Shown here: in pieces, positions 28,501 through 35,504 of the stretch
Position numbering within the stretch: the stretch's first letter is position 1
How the letters are laid out: the number at the start of each line of letters is the position of its first letter
NCBI GenBank assembly: GCA_030605515.1
Contig: JAUWIE010000063.1
Coordinates: forward strand, 1 to 35,504
From: Thermoplasmatota archaeon
GTDB taxonomy: Archaea; Thermoplasmatota; E2; DHVEG-1
Length of the DNA: 35,504 bases
Direction of reading: 5' to 3'
Program-made: the position numbers and the translations under genes
The notes under the pieces: generated by a model
Seen by the model: only the letters and a program-made list of their open reading frames with translations
Told to the model about the DNA's origin: nothing
The model's database searches: none

Positions 28501-28609
28501 GTTGTGTCAGGGCTGTGGAACATGTGTAAGCGCGTGTCCATCTAGTGCGATTCAGCAACGTGGATTTAAGGATAAACAAATTCTCCCTATTCTTGATGAA
28601 ATAGTCTAA
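25571..28609 (+). CDS. hdrA: Large double-FAD HdrA-like protein (BamE-like architecture)
   Basis: FAD domain 1 with inserted ferredoxin, internal [10 protein letters not shown] domain, FAD domain 2, C-terminal 2x[4Fe-4S]; start at ATG 25571, after the upstream stop. Confidence 0.93.
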   Translation: MAKKSEMVGAVAVVGGGIAGVQSSLDLADMGFKVYLLEKSPAIGGVMAQLDKTFPTNDCSMCILSPKLVDCVRHANIKLFTNTEVKKIEGKPGNFVVKALKKPRYVDLEKCTSCGDCEEVCPIKLPNTFEQGLSDRKAIYKLYPQAIPNAYVIDKEGDGEHRGCVDCMKCVDACKVGAINHDEKPENLKFDVGAVIVAAGSKPFNPIIKPEFGYKQYKNVMTSIEFERVLSASGPFEGKVIRPSDKKPPKKIAWVHCVGSRDKSVEHEYCSSMCCMYTAKEAVIAKEHDADVEPTVFYIDVRSFGKDFDKYIDRAKKEHGLRYVRSRISEIMEDPKTEDLVIRYEDDSGELKEEMFNLVVLSVGLCIAEEQRDELIEQLGFEVNEFGFVQTCPDDPVVLRPGVFVAGSFLEPQAIPESVMQASAAAANAAALLKDARGTLVKEKQYPAERDVSGEKPRVGVFVCHCGINIGGYVDVPAVVKFAESLDDVVYAEANLYTCSEDTQKRIVDAIKKHNLNRIIVAACTPRTHEPLFQKSLREAGLNPHLFEMTNIREQCSWVHMDKFKDATEKAKQLVAMTVAKTRFLQPIQEAEIPVIQKALVIGGGIAGMTAALSLADQGYETVLVEKEPVLGGYLNKVYYTVDGVDIDQLLKKTVEKVQNHNLIKVYTGSSLESLKGYVGSYESEIKTSKGTVKFSHGVVVVTVGASEYKPNSYLYGKNLQVLTQLELEKKLSDCQQDDIHDGDTFVMIQCVESRDEKRPYCSRICCMQAVKNAIRIKELSPKAEVFVLYRDLMTYGFKEKFYKDARMKGVMFLQYDAEKKPIVDTKDGLMVKFFEPMLQKKLEIPTDTLVLSTGLQPNLDNLVIAQMLKVPMNDDGFFLEAHVKLRPVDFSTRGVFVAGNCHTPKFISESIYQAQAAAARAATILAQPKLTAEPNIAVVDEDLCCGCKTCIAVCPYNAIDLTEDIKNGNVSNINEGLCQGCGTCVSACPSSAIQQRGFKDKQILPILDEIV

Positions 28610-28790
28610 AATATTATTACATTACTTTTCATTATTTGTTAGTTTCTGCTGTTTTTATGTGGTGATTTAATTATGCTTTTATTAGAATCATCAATATTTC
28701 AAATAAAAAAATTTCCTAAAGAGGCATTAATTATCCAAAAAATTATTATATTAATTGCTCATATTATATAATTGAATAGAAGGGCTTATC

Positions 28791-29003
28791 ATGGAAGAAA
28801 TTCTATACAATATAAACATACACAAAGATAAAGACTTATTTCTTGGAGAAGTTTATTCAGATATAGAGGGAGCAAAAGAGTTTAAAAACCATAAAATCGA
28901 GACATTACTAAAAGACATTATTCTTGATATGCAACTAAGCCAAGATACATTTTCAGATAGAGCTATAGAATTTACAGAAAATAAAGGAGAAAAACTTCTT
29001 TAA
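28791..29003 (+). CDS. Small acidic hypothetical protein
   Basis: 70-aa ORF with purine-rich upstream and TATA-like TTATATA near 28764. Confidence 0.55.
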   Translation: MEEILYNINIHKDKDLFLGEVYSDIEGAKEFKNHKIETLLKDIILDMQLSQDTFSDRAIEFTENKGEKLL

Positions 29004-29054
29004 TTTTTTGTTATTAAGAAGAATAAATTATCCATAAATGAGAAACCACGTATT

Positions 29055-29378
29055 TTAGTTCATATGTTTTTTAGTTAAAGCTTTTATTGTACCAGATGTT
29101 CCTAGTGTTTCAATCATTACTTTCTTTGATGAAATCATCTTTATGGAGTTCAATAGTTTTATTGTACTATCTTTTTCAATATGGTTACATCTTATTATCC
29201 CATTTACTCCATTGAATCTAATAAGTCGAATGCCCATTTCTTTACAGTTTTTTCCAAAAATTTTTTTGCATTTATTTTGAATCTCAGAGATTATATCAAA
29301 TCTATCAAAATTTGCATCATTTGAGGGTTTGATAATAAACCCGATATATCTACGTCGTCTACCCTCTTTAACTACAAT
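29055..29378 (-). CDS. rnp2: Ribonuclease P protein component 2 (Pop5/Rpp14 family)
   Basis: Extended frame gives VVKEGRRRRYIGF...GIIRCNH...TLGTSGTIKAL. Start inferred at ATT 6 nt after GAGGTG; in-frame TAA two codons upstream. Confidence 0.85.
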   Translation of the reverse strand: MVVKEGRRRRYIGFIIKPSNDANFDRFDIISEIQNKCKKIFGKNCKEMGIRLIRFNGVNGIIRCNHIEKDSTIKLLNSIKMISSKKVMIETLGTSGTIKALTKKHMN

Positions 29379-29409
29379 AGATTACACCTCAAAAAAACTA
29401 ATTTTTTTT

Positions 29410-30147
29410 TTAATCTGATTCAATACGAGGTGCAAGTAGATATGTTACATGTCCTTTTTTATCAGCGATATCAAATTCAACCCTTGTAGGGTTATCATTT
29501 CCAAGCATAATTGTTATCGGATCTTCACCTTTGATAGATTTTATCATATTGCTAAAGTAATCTATTGAAAACAGACTTCTACATTTACTTGATGCATTTA
29601 ATTCAATTAGTAAATCTTTAGGTAGCTTGAGATTCACGGTGTCTGTATCACCCTCAGCGCATAACTCAAAGTTATCCTTATTTATGGTGAGTGCTAAATG
29701 ATCAGAAACAGCTTCAGAGGCACGAACACCTTGATTAAGTTCAGATGCTCTGATAATTACCTTTCCAGGAAGGTCAAGATTTGGCATCTTAGGATCAGGC
29801 ATACCTGCAGTATCAATTAGTCCCATACGTCTCACAAGATTACCTATTTTTACAATTAATCGATTTGATTCATCATCAAACTCTAATGAAACTGTGTCAC
29901 CTGAGCTTGAAAGACGCATTATTCCACCTAATTTATTCATGTCAATTCCAAGTTCCATATTCTCTGCTTTGTATTCCTCAAAAGCCTTACTGTTCACATG
30001 TAAATCAACCATTGCTACATGTGCAGGATCAACTGCTCTTAAAGAAATACCTTTGTTAGTTATATTGAATTTTACTTCATTTACTAATGGAGATGTAACA
30101 TCGATTATACCTTTTAGTACTTCTGATTTTACCTTTGCATTAAACAT
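29410..30147 (-). CDS. pcn: DNA polymerase sliding clamp PCNA
   Basis: RAVDPAHVAMVDL and C-terminal YLLAPRIE; 245 aa. Confidence 0.96.
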   Translation of the reverse strand: MFNAKVKSEVLKGIIDVTSPLVNEVKFNITNKGISLRAVDPAHVAMVDLHVNSKAFEEYKAENMELGIDMNKLGGIMRLSSSGDTVSLEFDDESNRLIVKIGNLVRRMGLIDTAGMPDPKMPNLDLPGKVIIRASELNQGVRASEAVSDHLALTINKDNFELCAEGDTDTVNLKLPKDLLIELNASSKCRSLFSIDYFSNMIKSIKGEDPITIMLGNDNPTRVEFDIADKKGHVTYLLAPRIESD

Positions 30148-30222
30148 GTTTATAATCCTCCCCAGGATTCTTTCACTCTTAAAATAAATAATGCAATTGA
30201 TGTTTATAACTATGACGGTATT

Positions 30223-30915
30223 TTAACTTAGAATTGTTGGTTTACATCTAGCAAACATTGTATAACCGGAAAAACCTGTTTTAATACCAAAACCAAGAAG
30301 GGAAAAATGACCAATCCAACCCTTATAACCAATGAAACCAACAGCTGTTACTCTATGAGGTCCTTCAAAAGTTTTAGTTTCATTTCCTCCCTCTGTTAAT
30401 GAAAGAAGAGGGGTGATCTCGGTATAAGCTGTTTCATCATTTGGATATCTACAAAATATTGTAGGTAATATTAATGGTGGCCGGAAATAAGGTGGTAACA
30501 AAGGAAACAGTTTAATTTTTCTAAGAGTAAATGGCTGTAATTTTATTTTAATATTTGTCTTAAAATGAAGCCCTCTCCCACGTGACTTAATCTTAGATAC
30601 AATACCAAAAATTCCATTTGAGTTATTACCAATTTTTAGTAACTTTTGTAGTTCAACATCATTTTCTAAAAGTTCGTCACATTTATCAGCAATAGCCTCT
30701 CCTATATCCTGTCCCATCTTTAGCGATAGATCAATCTGAATCGGTGTTATGGATCCGTCAAAGTCATGACGATAAATAGTTATTGTTTTAACCTGGCTTT
30801 CTCCTTTTGTAGAAGAATCATCCTGAACAGAGGCAATAGATAAAGATGTAAACCCTGATATCATAAAAATTAATACAATAAAGGTAGCACCAACTTTTTT
30901 AATTGTCCTGTTCAT
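30223..30915 (-). CDS. Secreted/surface hypothetical protein
   Basis: Basic N-terminus plus hydrophobic signal peptide; GGGGA SD-like motif. Confidence 0.7.
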   Translation of the reverse strand: MNRTIKKVGATFIVLIFMISGFTSLSIASVQDDSSTKGESQVKTITIYRHDFDGSITPIQIDLSLKMGQDIGEAIADKCDELLENDVELQKLLKIGNNSNGIFGIVSKIKSRGRGLHFKTNIKIKLQPFTLRKIKLFPLLPPYFRPPLILPTIFCRYPNDETAYTEITPLLSLTEGGNETKTFEGPHRVTAVGFIGYKGWIGHFSLLGFGIKTGFSGYTMFARCKPTILS

Positions 30916-30995
30916 ATATAAATTCCCCTTAAGTTCTGTAATTTCCGTATTTAATTTAGTTAATATATTAAATTATTAATATTTAAGATTTTCCC

Positions 30996-31298
30996 CTATT
31001 GTTCTCTCCACTTAAAACCACACTTGGTACAAGTAAAAAACCTAGTCTCAGGCTCATCACTACCTCTCATTTGCCTTAATATCCAAAAAGCCTCATTATT
31101 ACCACATTTGGAACAAGGTACCTTAGCCTTTGGAAGAATATCAATTTTATCTTTATCTTCAATGATAGTAACTTCCTTTTTTATTTGTTTGCTAATAACT
31201 ACATTCTTACCTTTCTTCTTTTTTTCAAACCCACATTTATTACAAACAATAGATTCTCCTCTTGGATACATCAACACTTTACATTTAGGACAAAACAT
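30996..31298 (-). CDS. tfs: Transcription factor S (TFS, RpoM family)
   Basis: MFCPKC..CNKCG zinc ribbon and C-terminal CSKCG..QMRGSDEPETRFFTCTKC with the acidic DE finger. Confidence 0.93.
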   Translation of the reverse strand: MFCPKCKVLMYPRGESIVCNKCGFEKKKKGKNVVISKQIKKEVTIIEDKDKIDILPKAKVPCSKCGNNEAFWILRQMRGSDEPETRFFTCTKCGFKWREQ

Positions 31299-31299
31299 A

Positions 31300-31701
31300 T
31301 CACACTTCACTTCCTATAGCATCTTTTAATATATCTTCATGATCAAATGATAGATCAGGTAACTGCTTTAAGCTAAAAAACTTTACATCTGATGCATCAT
31401 CACCGCTCTTTAGCACCCCACTCTCAATTTTCAAACGATAAGCAACAGTAACCGAGTGGCCTCTAGGATCTCTTGCAGGATCTGAATAAACACCTATAAG
31501 CTCCATTATTTTTGTCTTCAAATTTGTTTCCTCAAACACCTCTCTTATCACCGCATCCTCAGTTTTTTCACCATATTCAACAAATCCACCAGGAAACGCC
31601 CACTTTCCTTTAAAAGGAGATATCTTTCTTTTAATCAAAAGAACTTCTTTATCTTTTACTATAATTCCATCAACTGTCAACTTAGGCGATTTATACCTCA
31701 T
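31300..31701 (-). CDS. NUDIX hydrolase (ADP-ribose pyrophosphatase-like)
   Basis: Nudix box PGGFVEYGEKTEDAVIREVFEET, SDPARDPRGH and GDDA. Confidence 0.92.
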   Translation of the reverse strand: MRYKSPKLTVDGIIVKDKEVLLIKRKISPFKGKWAFPGGFVEYGEKTEDAVIREVFEETNLKTKIMELIGVYSDPARDPRGHSVTVAYRLKIESGVLKSGDDASDVKFFSLKQLPDLSFDHEDILKDAIGSEV

Positions 31702-32116
31702 TAAATCCAAAGAATAAAGTTGGCTGTATTTAATATTTAATAAAAAATACTCTATTGATTTGATTTATTAATTACTAACTGGATAATTGTTTGAAGCTAT
31801 CTCTTTAACCTTGACATAGATTCCCAAAAAGAGGGCAACTCTTTTTGTAATTCAGATTTCCAATTATAAAATGTTTGATCATCAATAAATCCATCTTTTT
31901 TAATATTATGAAAAAATTTCGAACGATTTTTCTTTTGTATCCCTTCAATGTTATCCACTTATTTTCCCTTCCTGTTTGTTAGAAATATAAGAATAAATTC
32001 AGGCTTTATGTATCTTTTTTGCAGGTGAATATGTAAATGAATATGTAGAAAACATATTTAATAAAATAAGTTGTAGTAAATTACAAAAATGAGTAATATA
32101 TTCCAACTTTCCAAAA

Positions 32117-32142
32117 GGGCTCGTGGTCTAGCTGGTTATGAC
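32117..32142 (+). pseudogene. 5' fragment (positions 1-25) of a tRNA-Val-like gene
   Basis: GGGCTCGTGGTCTAGCTGGTTATGAC matches the acceptor 5' strand and D-arm of archaeal tRNA-Val; no anticodon arm, T arm or 3' acceptor strand seen in the window. Confidence 0.7.
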
Positions 32143-32203
32143 TACAGCATTTTCACGCATATTTTCGACGAAAAAATCGACGAATATCTCAGCGAAAAGT
32201 ACG

Positions 32204-32524
32204 TTATAGCATAGCACGATAACAATTATTTTTCGGCATAACTTCCATTGCAAGTGGCGTCCAACCATTTCTTTTACAGACCTGTATTGCTACATTTCTC
32301 ACTATGCGTGCAACCCGTTCTTGAAACACTTTTGATCTTGTCTTTGGGATCCAGACAAAGTGATAGTTGATATTATATTTTGCATGTCGCGTTGTACGGA
32401 CTTTTGCAAGCTCGTAGCATTCAAGTTTTCCAAAACGAAAATGTTGTTTCGGATCTATTTCATGGTCTTTATATTTGGTAATTATGTCTTCTACGGCTTT
32501 CCAGTTGGTGTTTGTTTTTTTCAT
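32204..32524 (-). pseudogene. tnpA: Truncated IS200/IS605 Y1 transposase TnpA
   Basis: RHAKYNINYHFVWIPKTR...MEVMP, then the similarity breaks off just before the expected (D)HVH HUH motif; GGAGG SD before ATG 32524. Confidence 0.8.
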
Positions 32525-32541
32525 ATTCTGTTTCCTCCAGA

Positions 32542-32556
32542 CGCCGAGTTTCGGCG
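32542..32556. repeat. GC-rich hairpin, probable IS200/IS605 left-end subterminal palindrome
   Basis: CGCCGA-GTT-TCGGCG immediately upstream of the tnpA SD. Confidence 0.55.
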
Positions 32557-32823
32557 GCGCTATGAAGGAAAAGAATTTTTTAGCAAGAGATGACAATATA
32601 GTTTTAGCAATTTATTGCGACCACGAAGTGGTAAAAGTTTATGCTTTCTCTTGCGTTGTTCTTTTACTATCACATTCACCAATATTTGAACTCCGTGAGT
32701 TCACTCGATTCAATGTTTAGAAACCTCATTTTTTAAAATGGGGTCATTGGATCGAAACCATCATTTTCTTTCAATTTCAAAGGATATTTTCATCTCTGCT
32801 CTATAAAGAGTAACTGTAACTAC

Positions 32824-34341
32824 TCACGTTTTGGAAGCCACAGATTCATATTCCAAACATTCAGTGGATGATATCCCTAATTTTTCCGTAACAATTTCGA
32901 TGAAATTCTCGTTTCTTTTTTTAGATGTTTCTAACGTGCTTAAAAGTATTTGATATACTTCTGCACCTGTCCAAGTTCGTCTACCGCCACTTATTTTCCG
33001 GGCAAGTACTCCTTTTCTTACAGCTTGTTCAGCATCATTGTTATGCCAAGGTACACCTTCTACTTCTACAAAGGTGAAAAGCATATTCAGCCGTTTCAAC
33101 AATTCCTTAGAGATACGAATAGCATCACTATCTTCCCATTCTCTGCTAAGAAATTTCTCCAGCTCATCTTGAAAATGAAAACGAACAGTCCTTCGCTCCT
33201 CCACCAAAGGAGGGGGCTTTTTCAAATAATCTATAGATCTTTTCAAGATTGATCTGACACCATCAGCAAACTCAAGAAACTCTTTAGAGCATTTAGACGA
33301 ATCCTTCAAAATGGCAGATTTCGATGATAAGATTGTCCTTGGTTCTACACCATGCTTGACCTCTGCTCTTTCCAACCATCTGTTCACATGAATAAGATCT
33401 AACTGATGAGCTGAGCAATGTACAAAATCATATGGTTTCCATCCATCACGTCCAAGAACACCTTCAAATCCATCCAATATTTCTTCAGGAACTGCATGAC
33501 TGCGAGTTGGAGCAACTACAAATAGAGAAATAAGCTTACTGACAAATACCCACAACCATCCATTTTCCCCACCAATCCTGAATTTGGTTTCATCGGCGTT
33601 CACCATTTTTGCCTTGACAATTTCCACCTTCAGCTTGTTATAATCGTCCTTAAGTGTATCAGCCACCCACCGTTCAAGTTTAAGAATTGTGTCATCACTT
33701 GTTGGAATGCTATATGTTTCAAACAAACTGGACCGTATCTTACCAATGGTAAGACCCAGCAGCCTATGGTAAGTAACCCAACTGGCGACAAATGGTCCAA
33801 ATTCCTGATGCGGGGGCAACCATGGAACCTCACCCCGTACCAATTTCTTGCAACTATCACACCAATACCGATGATAGATGACATCATAAATCCTTGGAGT
33901 GGGGGGAGGAATGTCAGTAACCGTACGCTGTTGTTTTGCACTTTTAACTTCTCCGATGTTAGAATTTCCACAAAAGGGACATGAATCTAACGTAACATAT
34001 AATGAAGGTGAGTTTGAGACAGGTCTTTTCCGCCCATGTCCTTTATGGCCTGGTTGGCCCCCCGTAGGTTTTTTCTCTTTATCATTTCTGTTCCTTTTGT
34101 AAAATATTTTAGAACTTGGAACGCCACCTGCTTCTGCCGTTTTATCAGAAGCTGCAAGAACCATGACAGAACCCAAAAGTTGTGCCAATTTCCCTCTAAG
34201 ATCCTCATTGTCTTTTTCTAATTTCTCTCGTCTAATTCGTTCATTTTCAAGTTCTTCCGATAATTTCTTCTTTTCCTTTTCCAACTTTCGAATATGCTTC
34301 TTCAGTTTCCGAAGTTTTCCTTGTTTGTTCTCATTCGTCAT
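32824..34341 (-). CDS. tnpC: IS66 family DDE transposase TnpC
   Basis: N-terminal coiled coil, PSS..GGQPGHKG, CPFCG..CDSC zinc finger, NADET..WLWVF, GRDGW and HNNDAEQAVR. Confidence 0.93.
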   Translation of the reverse strand: MTNENKQGKLRKLKKHIRKLEKEKKKLSEELENERIRREKLEKDNEDLRGKLAQLLGSVMVLAASDKTAEAGGVPSSKIFYKRNRNDKEKKPTGGQPGHKGHGRKRPVSNSPSLYVTLDSCPFCGNSNIGEVKSAKQQRTVTDIPPPTPRIYDVIYHRYWCDSCKKLVRGEVPWLPPHQEFGPFVASWVTYHRLLGLTIGKIRSSLFETYSIPTSDDTILKLERWVADTLKDDYNKLKVEIVKAKMVNADETKFRIGGENGWLWVFVSKLISLFVVAPTRSHAVPEEILDGFEGVLGRDGWKPYDFVHCSAHQLDLIHVNRWLERAEVKHGVEPRTILSSKSAILKDSSKCSKEFLEFADGVRSILKRSIDYLKKPPPLVEERRTVRFHFQDELEKFLSREWEDSDAIRISKELLKRLNMLFTFVEVEGVPWHNNDAEQAVRKGVLARKISGGRRTWTGAEVYQILLSTLETSKKRNENFIEIVTEKLGISSTECLEYESVASKT

Positions 34342-34495
34342 GATTCAATATCACCAGATAGACGGTCTTTCCCAAATGTTCCTTTGGACAGTCTACTTTT
34401 GCACTTGTGCCAAAACGGGTTACTTTTCGTATATAGAATCCATGGATATTGTTGATTTTCAATTCCGTGGCTAGTGTCATTGGAACCCGTTTCAT
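34331..34495 (-). CDS. DUF2080-like transposon-associated small protein, 54 aa (not in ORF track)
   Basis: MKRVPMTLATELKINNIHGFYIRKVTRFGTSAKVDCPKEHLGKTVYLVILNHDE*; the KVTxFGxSAKVDxPKExxGKxVYxVI pattern recalls PF09853; overlaps the tnpC start. Confidence 0.8.
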   Translation of the reverse strand: MKRVPMTLATELKINNIHGFYIRKVTRFGTSAKVDCPKEHLGKTVYLVILNHDE

Positions 34496-34771
34496 GAGAT
34501 ATCTAATAGATATCTTAAGTATTTAATGTTTTCGGTAATTCGACTGGATTTCTTGCCAAAAACTAAAGATCAGTTTTGAAAATGTATTAGAATCTATCTG
34601 ATCAGATAACAAAAAGGATGCAAGGCATCACTGTTTTCTAAAACGTGAGTAGTTACGAAGATATTTGTTATTCATTTTTTCACTTCAGAAATTAATAACA
34701 TTTGTAAGGATTTATATTTTTCTATAAATTCATATTCGGCTAACGAATTAGATCCGACTTAGAAAGTATTT

Positions 34772-35504
34772 TTAAATTCCTACGACTACTCCGGCCCTTC
34801 CACGTAAATGATACGACTGCCGCCCTAATTCTATGTAGGGCTTAATGTTGCTATTATAAAAATCTGGTAACAACCTAGCAATTAAACCATTATCAAATAT
34901 AAGAACTGGGTCATCATATGTCTCAAATGCGTTACCATCTAATCTAAACTCATCATCCACCTGAAGACCAATAAGTACCTGGATCCTCTGTGTACCATAT
35001 CTAGTATTTTCTAAAATGAAATCAGACATACGATCAGACATTCTAAAATATACATTTCTAAGAAATTTATTAATCCTGGGAAATTTCTCAGGAGGAATAA
35101 GTTCATCAATAAGATCATACACAGATTCATCTATCATATCATTTATTATCCGATCTGATTTCGTATATTCTTTTCCAATGATAATTCTAACCGTTTCATT
35201 ATCTTCGGGCTGTATAATCCATCCTCGATTCATATCCACATTGACATCACACAAAAAATTAAAATTGAAAATGTCAAGCAGACTTGAGATCAGATCCCAA
35301 ATATCAAATAATCCCTGTGGTGAGAAATCATTTGTTTCTATTAGTTTTCCATCAGAAGTAACTAATAGCTCACCATCGCCATCAAGAAGTAATTCTCCCA
35401 ATGTCATTTCATTTGTTATCCCTGCCGAGTGTAACATGTCAAATTTATTTGAAATTCTATTCTTTAACACTCTTCTTTCTGAAAGTGAATCAATCGATTC
35501 TATC
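34772..35504 (-). CDS. Hypothetical protein (5' end runs off the window)
   Basis: Frame stays open upstream of the track's GTG at 35470 to the window edge; no recognisable motif. Confidence 0.65.
   Translation of the reverse strand, partial: IESIDSLSERRVLKNRISNKFDMLHSAGITNEMTLGELLLDGDGELLVTSDGKLIETNDFSPQGLFDIWDLISSLLDIFNFNFLCDVNVDMNRGWIIQPEDNETVRIIIGKEYTKSDRIINDMIDESVYDLIDELIPPEKFPRINKFLRNVYFRMSDRMSDFILENTRYGTQRIQVLIGLQVDDEFRLDGNAFETYDDPVLIFDNGLIARLLPDFYNSNIKPYIELGRQSYHLRGRAGVVVGI

Larger units (their letters stand above)
32816..34656 (-). mobile_element. IS66-family insertion sequence (lacks tnpA/tnpB, ISBst12-like) with a DUF2080-like accessory gene
   Basis: Terminal inverted repeats GTAACTACTCACGTTTTgGAA (32816-32836) and its complement at 34636-34656 (20/21 match); encloses tnpC, whose stop lies inside the IR. 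Confidence 0.9.

Noticed and set aside
13931..28609. Selenocysteine recoding in HdrA/MvhD
   Set aside because: All ORFs are open, with Cys at the usual Sec positions (DCSxC, CNWC, GCHPGDC); no in-frame TGA is needed.
31797..31958. Possible frameshifted small ORF on the minus strand (MDNIEGIQKKIVRNF / FHNIKKDGF...)
   Set aside because: Needs a frameshift in a T run and has no recognisable homology; too weak to call.
32026..32047. TGAATATGTA direct repeat (two copies)
   Set aside because: Only two short AT-rich copies; compatible with chance or slippage.
32143..32165. TTCAC after the tRNA fragment as a Val(CAC) anticodon loop
   Set aside because: Flanking bases do not form an anticodon stem and no T arm or acceptor 3' strand follows.
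32560..32810. tnpB partner of the IS200/IS605 tnpA
   Set aside because: No RuvC/zinc-finger TnpB ORF is visible on either side; the 32475-32720 ORF has no motif.

Overview
AT-rich archaeal chromosome segment (RFC small subunit, PCNA, TFS, Pop5, MptA, archaeal tRNAs). Gene content suggests a non-methanogenic Thermoplasmatota lineage such as MBG-D/Thermoprofundales; this is inference only. The centre is a ~14.7 kb, ten-gene heterodisulfide-reductase operon: hdrC, hdrB, hdrA, hdrA'-nuoE fusion, nuoF/hydB-like, nuoG'-'hdrA fusion, mvhD, fdhB-like, tandem hdrC-hdrC and double-FAD hdrA. The main observation is that an entire NuoE/F/G (HydC/B/A-N-like) NAD(H) module sits in-register inside the inserted-ferredoxin domain of a double-FAD HdrA, splitting that HdrA over two polypeptides. 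An intact paralogue in the same operon shows the exact junction. No hydrogenase or formate dehydrogenase catalytic subunit is present. Upstream is a putative operon of an unknown 424-aa protein, an ACT-less homoserine dehydrogenase, a tungsten AOR and an aminotransferase, possibly an undescribed amino-acid pathway. Other items: a membrane-anchored Schlafen/AlbA_2 protein, an ArcE/cDPGS-family ATPase, three genes that appear to start at ATT/ATA, and two small genes absent from the ORF track (a CxxC micro-protein and a DUF2080-like gene). The right end is mobile, with a tRNA-Val 5' fragment broken at position 25/26, a truncated IS200 tnpA and an IS66 element.
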